In this document: positions 1-7,567 of the stretch, piece by piece | Numbering within the stretch: position 1 is the stretch's first letter | Layout: every line of letters starts with the position of its first letter | NCBI RefSeq assembly: GCF_001412615.1 | Contig: NZ_CP013011.1 | Coordinates: forward strand, 300,001 to 332,000 | Direction of reading: 5' to 3' | DNA: 32,000 nucleotides | From: Pyrodictium delaneyi | GTDB taxonomy: Archaea > Thermoproteota > Thermoprotei_A > Sulfolobales > Pyrodictiaceae | Notes under the pieces: generated by a model | Told to the model about the DNA's origin: nothing | The model's input: only the letters and a program-made list of their open reading frames with translations | Databases searched by the model: none | Position numbers and translations under genes: made by a program

Positions 1-402
1 CTTTTTCTCCTTTGCAGCTACTAGGAATCCCCCTACATCCTCGATAACACAGTTTTTTACAACATATTCTTCAACTTGTGCAGCATTTTCAAAAACTGCG
101 TACTCTTTCTTATCATATTTCCTGAACACTTCTTCATTGCTGTGCTTGAGAAATATTCCCTGGCTGCATGCGTTGCAGACGGGTATGTTTCTCTGCTTTG
201 CTATCTCTGCTAGGAGCCGCTGGTAGTGGTGGGCGAGGCTCTCGCCGCTGATCACGGGTACGTAGCGGAGTACGAAGCCTTGGTCTGTGCGGAGTACTAC
301 GGGGGCGCGGCGGTGCCGGACGACGTTGCCCACGTTTTCGGCCATGTTTAGAGCTTCGAGGTTTACGAGTAAACGGGCTGAGAGCGAGAAGAAGACGGGC
401 AA
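1..402 (-). CDS. cas7: Cas7 (Csa2 family, type I-A backbone subunit), N-terminal 134 codons; gene runs off the left window edge
   Basis: Absent from the ORF track because it is truncated by the window. My minus-strand translation starts at TTG 402, with GGAGGTG 8 nt upstream. It reads LPVFFSLSARLLVNLEALNMAENVGNVVRHRRAPVVLRTDQGFVLRYVPVISGESLAHHYQRLLAEIAKQRNIPVCNACSQG...VIEDVGGFLVAAKEKK. The blocks HRxAPVV, RYVPVISGExLAHxYQ and DVGGF are the N-terminal signature of Csa2-type Cas7 as I recall it from Sulfolobus Csa2. The gene lies directly downstream of a csa5-sized gene. Confidence 0.85.
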   Translation of the reverse strand, partial: MPVFFSLSARLLVNLEALNMAENVGNVVRHRRAPVVLRTDQGFVLRYVPVISGESLAHHYQRLLAEIAKQRNIPVCNACSQGIFLKHSNEEVFRKYDKKEYAVFENAAQVEEYVVKNCVIEDVGGFLVAAKEKK

Positions 403-427
403 GAGGGTTCCACCTCCTCTCGGGGGG

Positions 428-754
428 TTATCTCCCGAGTGCGAGGAGTGCAGCAGTGCGGGCTAAGCGAAGTCCCTCTTCGGCCCTACGGGGGTCTAGG
501 AGGAGCTCTGCTATCTTTTCAACCTCGTACTTAGCCTTTTCAACTACTTCCTTTGCGTTGCTGGGGCAGTCCTCTCCCCGGTCTCCGCTTAGACAGCTAC
601 TGCGGAATATGCGGAGTGCATCGTAGAGAGCAGCTAGGGCTTGGTCAGGGCCTAGCGCGTTAGCTATACGGTCAAGTACGCCGAAGCGCCGGGTCCTGGC
701 GAAGAAGGAGAGTAGCTCCGGTAGCCTGTAGAGCCGGAGCTGTTGCTCCTGCAA
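428..754 (-). CDS. csa5: probable Csa5 (type I-A small subunit, Cas11-like)
   Basis: 108-aa ORF with a TTG start, ending 25 nt upstream of the cas7 start on the same strand. Size, helical/charged composition and position immediately 5' of csa2/cas7 fit the csa5-cas7-cas5 order of type I-A operons. No motif-level identification is possible by eye. Confidence 0.5.
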   Translation of the reverse strand: MQEQQLRLYRLPELLSFFARTRRFGVLDRIANALGPDQALAALYDALRIFRSSCLSGDRGEDCPSNAKEVVEKAKYEVEKIAELLLDPRRAEEGLRLARTAALLALGR

Positions 755-1131
755 GATCCGCCGCCGCTTTATACAGAGTTCTTGTAGACAGACTTAAGTG
801 TTGCTGATATAGCGTTCACGGCACCGTGGAGGAGGCTATCATCTCCATCTACTTAACTCCCTGAAGGATTTAGACGACGTTGAAGCTGTCGGGTGAGCAC
901 AGCACTCTGGCACTTGTAGCTAGTACATGGTCCTCCCTGACAAGTTCTGTATAATTCAGTTTTGCTTCTACTTGGCGCTCCTCGGTAAGGTCTTACGTCA
1001 ACCGTGTAGTTGACAGTACAAGTCTATCCAGCCAGCCTCGCCAGCATTCTCTGTTTACACTGCCATGAACGTGATGCCTGGCCGGAGGCCGTTGCATTAT
1101 TAGGTTGCTGCGCTGGGCGCGTGTCTAGTCT

Positions 1132-1806
1132 TTGGGAGTTACAGTGGAGCGGCAACGTCTGGTTGTTGCGACGCTGGGTTTCGACGAGAGGTTTGCATTG
1201 AGGGCCCTCACTGAGCACCGTCCTGACCGGCTGTATGCTCTAGCTCTCTATACGGATGAGTCTTCGTGGAGCCGGGTGAGTAGGGCTTTCTCCCAGCTGA
1301 GACTGTTTGCGGAACAGCTCGGCGTCGGGGCAGAGCTTGTCCGGATAGACTATCGTGGTGAAAGAATTTCCGTGCTTGCTGGCCGCCTTAAGGCCCTGCT
1401 AGAGAGTTACGCGGAGAGCTCTGGTGAGCTTGTGTTGGCGCTTACCGGGGGGCCGCGGCTTCTCGTGGTGGCTGCCCTTGTGGCTGCATTGTCTCTGCCG
1501 GAGAGACTCGTGGAGAGGATGGTGCTCCGGCTGGAGGGTGAGGGCTTCGACGTCGTTGCCGAGGAACAGTTGGCGAACCTCCGGTATGTCGAGCTCGACC
1601 CGACTGCCCGGAGGGTGTTGGGGCTCCTTGTCGAGGTTCGCCGGGAGGGCCGCTGGGTGGGCCCTACCGAGGTCTCGGAGAGGCTTGGGATACCAAAGTC
1701 TACGGCGTATAAGAAGCTCCAGGAGCTAGTGGCGCGTGGGCTCGCGGAGTATGACCAGCGGAGCCGCCGCTACACGGCGACAGAGAGGGCGTATGTGAAC
1801 GCCTAA
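1132..1806 (+). CDS. csa3: Csa3-type CRISPR-locus transcriptional regulator (CARF-like N-domain + C-terminal winged HTH)
   Basis: 224 aa. The N-terminal VVATLGFDERFALRAL and the later LALTGGPRLLVVAAL occupy the two CARF signature positions typical of Csa3. The C-terminal GPTEVSERLGIPKSTAYKKLQELVARGLAE is a clear HTH. The gene is divergent from the csa5-cas7 operon. Confidence 0.85.
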   Translation: MGVTVERQRLVVATLGFDERFALRALTEHRPDRLYALALYTDESSWSRVSRAFSQLRLFAEQLGVGAELVRIDYRGERISVLAGRLKALLESYAESSGELVLALTGGPRLLVVAALVAALSLPERLVERMVLRLEGEGFDVVAEEQLANLRYVELDPTARRVLGLLVEVRREGRWVGPTEVSERLGIPKSTAYKKLQELVARGLAEYDQRSRRYTATERAYVNA

Positions 1807-2482
1807 ACGGTTCTCTGAATAGTTTTCTGGATCGCATTACGCCTCTTCGCCGGCTATGCTTAGCTATTGAGGCTAGTGCTGCTAGGACTTGGAGCGAGAG
1901 TACGAGCTTCTTAGCCTCCACGACCCCCTGTACCAGAGGGTAATGGTGGCAAGGTCTCTGGCCTTGTTATTACTGTGAGTTCGCCCTACTTCGCCACGTA
2001 TGTGTATACTTCTCCCTGGTTGATCGCGCTTGCTCACCGGCGTACCAGAATCATAGTCTTCTCCTTCCCGTCTAGGAGTTTTAGGAACTCGTCTGGCTCT
2101 ACGACGAGGAAGCAGTATGCGTATGTGCCTGCACGGGCAGTCACCGGGGCTCCCGTAATTGTGGAGCTAGTGTAGACCACCATAATTTACACCACAGCTA
2201 TTCGGTAATAGAGTACTGCTGATTTTTATTATCTCTATGTAACGCTTCTTGAGCCCTAGTGAGGGCTATAGCGTGGCGCTACTTGTCCCTTGTAGACGGC
2301 TTATGAGGATGCTCAGTTGCCGAGCCTAGCCTGGCGCCGGCAGGAGCTGTTGTGCTCCTTGTCCGGTGAATAACTCACTATGTGCTGGTCTAGCCTTGTT
2401 ATAGCTCCTTTGCATGGTTACAGCGCATAGTAATGATATTTATAGCTCTGTCTACGAAGTTGTGTATACTGGTGACCGTTTA

Positions 2483-2707
2483 TTGAGCACTGTAATCTCT
2501 GTGAGGGTTCCGCGTAGGCTCCGGGAGGAGCTGGAGAGACTTGGCATCGACTATGCTGAGGAGATTAGGAGGTTTCTCGAGCGGAGGATCCGGGAGGAGA
2601 AGGCTAAGAGGATACGCGAGAGGCTAGCCAGGCTTAGGAGCAGGATCGGCAGCGTCGAGGGAAACGTTGCTGCGGAGCTTATCCGCGAGGACCGGGAGCA
2701 GCGATGA
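2483..2707 (+). CDS. vapB: VapB-like antitoxin (ribbon-helix-helix type)
   Basis: The ORF is open from 2414 (ATG), but TTTATA at 2439-2444 predicts a transcription start near 2466-2468, so TTG 2483 (or GTG 2462) is the more likely start. ISVRVPRRLREELERLGIDYAEEIRRFLERRI reads as beta-strand, helix, helix (RHH). The stop overlaps the vapC start (ATGA at 2704). Confidence 0.7.
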   Translation: MSTVISVRVPRRLREELERLGIDYAEEIRRFLERRIREEKAKRIRERLARLRSRIGSVEGNVAAELIREDREQR

Positions 2708-3144
2708 CGCGGTTCATAGTCGTGGATGCGAGCATTCTCGTTAAGTGGTTCGTACCAGAGGAGTTTAGTGACAGGGCAGAGGCCATTCTTAACGACCACC
2801 TAGACGCCAGGGTTGCGGTAGCTGCGCCATCTTACGCGCTGCTAGAGCTTGCTAACGCTCTGAGAAAGTACGTCGCAAGAGGGGTCATGGGTCCCCGAGA
2901 GGCTGGAGAAGCTTTCAGCCTCCTACTCGAAATGGACATAGAGTTTAGGGAGATGGATGAGGAGCTTGCAAGGGAGGCTCTAGGCTATGCTCTCGACAAT
3001 GGAGTTACTGTGTATGATGCCTACTACATTGTTCTCGCGAAGAGGCTTGGTACGGTCTTCTACACGGCTGACGGGAAACTGCTAAGACAGCTGAGGGGAC
3101 GAGAACACATAGTCAGGCACGTCTCTGAGTACAAGCCGCCATAG
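2704..3144 (+). CDS. vapC: VapC toxin, PIN-domain ribonuclease
   Basis: 146 aa. The four PIN acidic positions are readable: VVDAS, LLELAN, VYDAYY, YTADGK. It has a 4-nt overlap with the upstream antitoxin gene. Confidence 0.85.
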   Translation: MTRFIVVDASILVKWFVPEEFSDRAEAILNDHLDARVAVAAPSYALLELANALRKYVARGVMGPREAGEAFSLLLEMDIEFREMDEELAREALGYALDNGVTVYDAYYIVLAKRLGTVFYTADGKLLRQLRGREHIVRHVSEYKPP

Positions 3145-3201
3145 AACCGGTGCACGGCATAGAGCCTAGGCGCGCTTGGACATGGCGGCATTTTCGACGT
3201 G

Positions 3202-3843
3202 CTATGCCTGAATGCTCGGGCATACGCCTCTGTAGCTACAGGCCCGGCAGCGGCTTCTCCGTGGCCTAGTCCATGGCGTGATTCCGGTCTCCAGTATCCT
3301 CCATAGTTCTCTGGCTGCTTCTTCTACTAGTCTGCGGTGCCTAGGGGTTATCCGAACCTCTATCAGCCTGGCCGCCTCCGTGGCGTAGACTAGGGTTTTC
3401 TCGCTTGGCATTGCTAGGGTCTCCTCGGCCGCTATCGTGTAGGCTGCTAGCTGGGCTAGGATGTGCTGTGCCCGGCTATAGAGGCTCCTCCTAGAGACGC
3501 TGAGCTTTGCCTCAACTACTACCAGGGTCTCTCTCGGTGTGACTGCTACGAGGTCTACCCGGCCTACTAGGCCGAGGCGCCGGCTCTGGACAGGCTGCTC
3601 CCATAGAAGCTCCTGAACCTCTATTCTGGCTTCTTCTAGCCTCTCTACCAGCTCCGCCCGTTGCTCGCCAGTGAGGCCTCCCGACTGCATGCTCTGCGTT
3701 GGGCGCTCACTCCAGAGGAGCAACTTGTGGTACGCTATCATTGGACACCAGTAATACTCCTTCACCAGGGTTATTGGGAGGAGCCTCTCCTCGTCCACAA
3801 TGCTATACGACTGTGACTTGGCGTGCTGCACGGCCAGGGTCAC
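3202..3843 (-). CDS. cas4: Cas4 (RecB-like PD-(D/E)xK nuclease with 4-Cys cluster)
   Basis: 213 aa. It has the N-terminal Cys ([11 protein letters not shown]), a nuclease core (GRVDLV ... VVVEAKLS), the QxxxY motif (AQLAAY) and the C-terminal [10 protein letters not shown]. It is co-directional with and overlaps cas2. Confidence 0.85.
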   Translation of the reverse strand: MTLAVQHAKSQSYSIVDEERLLPITLVKEYYWCPMIAYHKLLLWSERPTQSMQSGGLTGEQRAELVERLEEARIEVQELLWEQPVQSRRLGLVGRVDLVAVTPRETLVVVEAKLSVSRRSLYSRAQHILAQLAAYTIAAEETLAMPSEKTLVYATEAARLIEVRITPRHRRLVEEAARELWRILETGITPWTRPRRSRCRACSYRGVCPSIQA

Positions 3844-4103
3844 CCATAACCTGGCCAGCTACCAGCATGCGGCGAACGTAGTCGTCCGGGACGACCACGG
3901 CTACAACGCTGTCCGTAGCGCGGTCTATGATGCGCTGAGCTGCCCGTATCGCCTCCTTGGCCTTGGTCTGGCCGCCGCGGCCTATGAAGACGCTCCGTTG
4001 CACCCGTGTCATACCTAGGGCTTCTAGGAGCTTTGCCATGCGCTGGCGGCGGTTGTCGTCGCTTATGTCGTAGAAGACTACTACGTAGGGCGCGACCCCA
4101 CAC
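3803..4103 (-). CDS. cas2: Cas2, with an N-terminal start/frameshift problem (canonical-start ORF is only 3803..4039)
   Basis: The track ORF is [20 protein letters not shown]... (78 aa). The same frame read upstream gives ...[19 protein letters not shown], the conserved Cas2 beta1 with catalytic Asp. That frame has no ATG/GTG/TTG before the in-frame TAG at 4109-4111. GTG at 4103-4101 is out of frame by one base across a G4 run (plus-strand CCCC 4096-4099). Confidence 0.8.
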
Positions 4104-4227
4104 CCCCGCTAGGTATTACCTGGTATTACTTTGCAGAGGTTATTGATAAACAATTCTATCATAAAGCAGCCACGGTACTACTTATCACTAGAGCCTCCAT
4201 CTAGTAGTAATACTAGGCGCTGCCGGG
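4104..4227. promoter_or_regulatory. divergent cas2-cas4 / csa1-cas1 control region with repeated GGTATTAC motif
   Basis: AT-rich 124-bp gap between divergent starts. It has a tandem 10-mer GGTATTACCT/GGTATTACTT at 4112-4131, an inverted GTAATAC at 4207-4213 inside the palindrome CTAGTAgtaaTACTAG (4201-4216), and TATA-like TCATAAAG around 4159-4166. Confidence 0.4.
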
Positions 4228-5046
4228 TTGGTGCTGCCCCGCCGCGTCTGGGACTACATAAGGAGCCTAGGCAGCGAGGGAGCAGCCTACGCCGAGATAC
4301 GGGGCTGGCGCTTCGACTATGTTGCACCCCGCTACCGTTACCGGCCTAGCGTCAGCGAAGTAGCGAGCTACTGCCCCAGCCGCCGCGACATATACCTCCG
4401 CCGGGTAGTAGGGGTGAAGCCTCCGCGCAGCCAGCAGGCTGTCTACGGGATGCTCGTCCACGAGTTCTTCCTAGAGCCTTTTAGGCTCGTGGACCGCGGT
4501 GTCACCGACGTGGAGGAGCTTGCGGCTGCGCGGCGCCAGCTAGCCCGCCGGCTCGGTGTCCGGCCGGACCGGTTTCTCCTCCGGGTCTACAGCCTCGGCG
4601 CCGCGCTAGCCCTCCAGTCCCTAGTAGAGGGCGGGGTCCCGGTCCGTGTCGAGCCCCAGCTCCCCGGGGCGCCTGTAGGCCTAAGCGACATGGTGAAGCC
4701 TGACCTCCTCGTGGGCTTCATCCCGGTCGAGGTGACTACGGCGGATCCCTATAGCACATATGGCGGAAGGAAGGAGCTACAGCTCGCTGGCTATGCTCTA
4801 GCCCTTGAGGCGTGGACAGGGTTCCCCGTAGACTATGGGGTTGCCGTCTACATCCGGCGGCGCGAGAGCGGCGATCCCTTTCCCGAGTGGCGTGTCGTAC
4901 CGATAGATGATGGTCTGAGGCGTAGCTTCCTACGCGCCCGCGACGAGGCGGCGATGATTGTTGAGAACGGGGTAGACCCGGGCCCAGCAGGAGACGGGTG
5001 CCCCGCATGGTGCCCCTTCCGCGGCACAGTCCAGGGCTGCTCCTAG
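4228..5046 (+). CDS. csa1: Csa1 (Cas4-like RecB-family nuclease of type I-A adaptation modules)
   Basis: 272 aa with TTG/GTG start. It has an N-terminal Cys motif (SYCPSRRDIYL), a nuclease core (VKPDLLV ... IPVEVTT), the QxxxY motif (LQLAGYALALE) and a C-terminal Cys cluster (CPAWCPFRGTVQGC). It lies immediately upstream of cas1, as in Sulfolobus-type I-A loci. Confidence 0.75.
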   Translation: MVLPRRVWDYIRSLGSEGAAYAEIRGWRFDYVAPRYRYRPSVSEVASYCPSRRDIYLRRVVGVKPPRSQQAVYGMLVHEFFLEPFRLVDRGVTDVEELAAARRQLARRLGVRPDRFLLRVYSLGAALALQSLVEGGVPVRVEPQLPGAPVGLSDMVKPDLLVGFIPVEVTTADPYSTYGGRKELQLAGYALALEAWTGFPVDYGVAVYIRRRESGDPFPEWRVVPIDDGLRRSFLRARDEAAMIVENGVDPGPAGDGCPAWCPFRGTVQGCS

Positions 5047-5062
5047 CGTAGGGTACACGGGG

Positions 5063-6064
5063 GTGTCCATCCTGGAGAACGTACTAATAGTCTCGACCCC
5101 AGGGTCGCGTATATACGTCCGGCACGGCGTTGTCTACATCCAAGCCCCTGACTCCAAGCCCATACCCGTCACCTTTGACACGGAGCTCCTCGTACTCGCT
5201 ACGGGCGGCGTATCGATATCGGGGCGTGCCCTCCGCCGCCTCTCGGAGCTGGGTGTACGCCTAGTCGTCCTCGGCCAGAGGGGCCAGGTAGCGGGCGAGC
5301 TGCGGCCCGTGGATAGGGTTAACCGGACCATAGAGAGCCGGCTGGCCCAGTACCGAGTCAAGCTCGAGGGCCGGGGCCTAGCCTACGCTGCCGAGATGGT
5401 GTACGCGAAGATAGTGAACCAGGCCAGGCTCCTACGATACCTCGCCAAGAGCCGGCGAGAGCCCTGGCTCCGCGACGACGGCTATGCGGTAGAGGAGTAC
5501 GCGGCTCGGCTACGCAGCACCCTAGACGAGGGGCGCCGGCTAGACGAGAACCTCGTAAGAGGCCTCGAGGCACAGGCTGCCCGCCGCTACTGGTCAGCCC
5601 TAGCGGCGCTGATACCCTGGGACACAGGGTTCCGGGGCCGCGACCCACGGGGCGAGGACCCGGTGAACAAGGCGCTCAGCTACAGCTACGCGATACTCTA
5701 CAGCGTGGCCAGCGACGCGCTCACCGTGGCGGGCCTGGACCCCTACGCGGGGTTCCTCCACCGCGACCGGAGCGGGAAGCCGAGCCTCGTCTACGACTAC
5801 AGCGACACGTTCAAGCCAATCGCGGTAGATAAGGCGCTCTTCACTAACATCGACCAGCAGCTATTCGAGCTATACCAGGGCAGCCTCACCTACACAGCAC
5901 GCCGCGAGCTAGCCAGGAGGGTGCTCGAGAACCTAGCATCGCCCTACACGGACGCAGCAGGCAAGAGGAGGAGGCTCCGAGACCATATATACGGCTACGC
6001 GTGGAGTCTAGCACAGAGTCTCCGCGAGAACCGCCGATACCAGGCCTTCCGGGCCCGGCTTTAG
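5063..6064 (+). CDS. cas1: Cas1 integrase
   Basis: 333 aa. It starts with a typical Cas1 N-terminus (LIVSTPGSRIYVRHGVVYIQ). Catalytic-region blocks are present: LEAQAARRYW, DPVNKALSYSYAILY, GLDPYAGFLHRDRSGKPSLVYDYSDTFKP. Confidence 0.95.
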   Translation: MSILENVLIVSTPGSRIYVRHGVVYIQAPDSKPIPVTFDTELLVLATGGVSISGRALRRLSELGVRLVVLGQRGQVAGELRPVDRVNRTIESRLAQYRVKLEGRGLAYAAEMVYAKIVNQARLLRYLAKSRREPWLRDDGYAVEEYAARLRSTLDEGRRLDENLVRGLEAQAARRYWSALAALIPWDTGFRGRDPRGEDPVNKALSYSYAILYSVASDALTVAGLDPYAGFLHRDRSGKPSLVYDYSDTFKPIAVDKALFTNIDQQLFELYQGSLTYTARRELARRVLENLASPYTDAAGKRRRLRDHIYGYAWSLAQSLRENRRYQAFRARL

Positions 6065-6081
6065 CAGAGCGTGGCCGGGGT

Positions 6082-7197
6082 ATGAGCTGGACACTCCTAG
6101 CCCTCGTAGGAGCTGACAAGCTAGAGATACACGCCCTAGCCTCGAGCATAGCCCGGGTCTACGAGGACTACCCGGTAGAGAGCCTCGTAGTAGCCAGTTC
6201 AGAGCGGCTATGGAGCCGGAAGAAGCTCGAAGAAACCGTCCAGGCTATATTGGGAGAGTTGGGCATAAGCCTCCAAGCCAGAGCTGTGACGGTGTCTAGT
6301 TGGCTTACACGGCGGGAGGGCAGAGAGGCTACCGCATCAGAGGAGATCCACCAGATACTCCGCTCCACGGCGGCAAAAGGCTGCACCGTAGTCACAGCCA
6401 CACCTGCGAGCCGCCGGCTAGCAATGGAGGCCGGTATCGCAGTAGGCCGCGCCATAGCCCGGGGTCTCTGCGTGGAGACAACGTTCCTGGACTTCCTCTG
6501 GGGCCAGTGGCGGGGCCTACCCTACCCCTATGTACCCCGTGTAGTCGAGCCGCTAACAGTCATACCACCCCGCTATCGTCCCCTAGACTGGCACGGCCGC
6601 AATACAGCCGATAAGACGCCGAGCCTGACTGGTAGAGGCTGCAGAGACCGCATAGCAGGCAAGTTGCCTCCTCTCCGTTGTCTAGTCGCAGAGCTAGCTA
6701 GAAGGATAAATGCTGCCACAGGGCCGGGGCCCCTAATAGCTGAAGACACCAGGGAAGAATGGCCCAAAGACGGCTGCGGCAGGCTCGAGGCAATTACAGA
6801 GCCCGGGGGCCAGAGCCGAAGAATCGTAATCCGCGATACATGTAGCCTCGGAGACTGGCAAGAAGCCGCAAGAGACCTCCGAGCAATGCTACGCGATCTC
6901 GCCGAGTACTTCGTCACAAAGGATGGCCGGAAACCTCTTGACCAGCTACCAGCATTCACCGGGCTAGAGCATCTGACGATAACAGGGAGACGCCTCTCCG
7001 AGCTAGCAGCACCTGTGCTTGCAGATACAAACCTCATCTACGCTGGACTCCACAATGAAGCCTTTCTGGATACTCATATACTGGCTCCCATATTGTGTAG
7101 TATTAGAAGTAACCAGAAGGTACGCAGAGCACTCCAAGAAACATGTCAACCCCGCAGAGACATTCATGGATACACTAGCTTATACAGCTATAAGTGA
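6082..7197 (+). CDS. CRISPR-associated candidate, upstream ORF: CARF-like Rossmann N-domain, ending in the first strand of a PIN-like domain
   Basis: The track ORF opens at 6001 inside cas1; ATG 6082 (MSWTLLALVGADK) is the sensible start. TLLALVG and VVTATPASRRLAMEAG sit where CARF domains carry their signatures. The C-terminal PVLADTNLIYAGLHNE reads as PIN beta1. The last ~35 codons (ILCSIRSNQK...) look like out-of-frame read-through. Confidence 0.55.
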   Translation: MSWTLLALVGADKLEIHALASSIARVYEDYPVESLVVASSERLWSRKKLEETVQAILGELGISLQARAVTVSSWLTRREGREATASEEIHQILRSTAAKGCTVVTATPASRRLAMEAGIAVGRAIARGLCVETTFLDFLWGQWRGLPYPYVPRVVEPLTVIPPRYRPLDWHGRNTADKTPSLTGRGCRDRIAGKLPPLRCLVAELARRINAATGPGPLIAEDTREEWPKDGCGRLEAITEPGGQSRRIVIRDTCSLGDWQEAARDLRAMLRDLAEYFVTKDGRKPLDQLPAFTGLEHLTITGRRLSELAAPVLADTNLIYAGLHNEAFLDTHILAPILCSIRSNQKVRRALQETCQPRRDIHGYTSLYSYK

Positions 7198-7567
7198 GCT
7201 GAAGACTGCAGGCGCATCGCTAATCCCTTCACACCACTATATGTGTGATATAGCAATACCTCTTATAGACCCTCTACTTCTAAACGGCACAATACTAGCT
7301 ACCCGTGATGCCGGAGCACACCAACTATGGAGCCAACATCCAGCTACATCAAAGATAGCAAAGCCAGTACTTGTAGCCACAAGTAGCCTAGCCAGCGAGG
7401 AACCAGGTGAACCCGTCTACGCAGTACTACAGACACTAGTTGCGCTAAAGACCCTAGAGAAGCTCCTACCCAATAAAGAGTTCAGAGTCAAGCTGGTAGC
7501 CAAAAGAGACAGCAAAGAAACACATATAGACATTCCAGCCCTAAACCTAAATACAAAGCATCCATAA
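7019..7567 (+). CDS. CRISPR-associated candidate, downstream ORF: remainder of the PIN-like domain (probably the same gene as 6082..7197, offset by +1)
   Basis: Frame-2 ORF overlapping the previous one. From about 7090 it reads PYCVVLEVTRRYAEHSKK ... MCDIAIPLIDPLLLNGTILATRDAGAHQLW, which supplies the E, D and D of a PIN acidic set. Host-like CTA/ATA codon usage continues to the stop at 7567. Confidence 0.5.
   Translation: MQIQTSSTLDSTMKPFWILIYWLPYCVVLEVTRRYAEHSKKHVNPAETFMDTLAYTAISELKTAGASLIPSHHYMCDIAIPLIDPLLLNGTILATRDAGAHQLWSQHPATSKIAKPVLVATSSLASEEPGEPVYAVLQTLVALKTLEKLLPNKEFRVKLVAKRDSKETHIDIPALNLNTKHP

Noticed and set aside
6001-6081. Upstream extension of the 398-aa ORF overlapping the 3' end of cas1
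   Set aside because: The extension (MESSTESPREPPIPGLPGPALAERGRG) is a Pro/Gly-rich alternate-frame reading of cas1. ATG 6082, just after the cas1 stop, gives a sensible beta-strand start.
7112-7129. RRYAEH (Rx4H) as evidence that the cas1-adjacent gene is a Csx1/Csm6-type HEPN protein
   Set aside because: This is not adopted as the primary call. The surrounding sequence fits the PIN strand/helix pattern with four acidic residues, and the usual R-N-x-x-x-H context is absent. It is kept as an explicit alternative in the finding.
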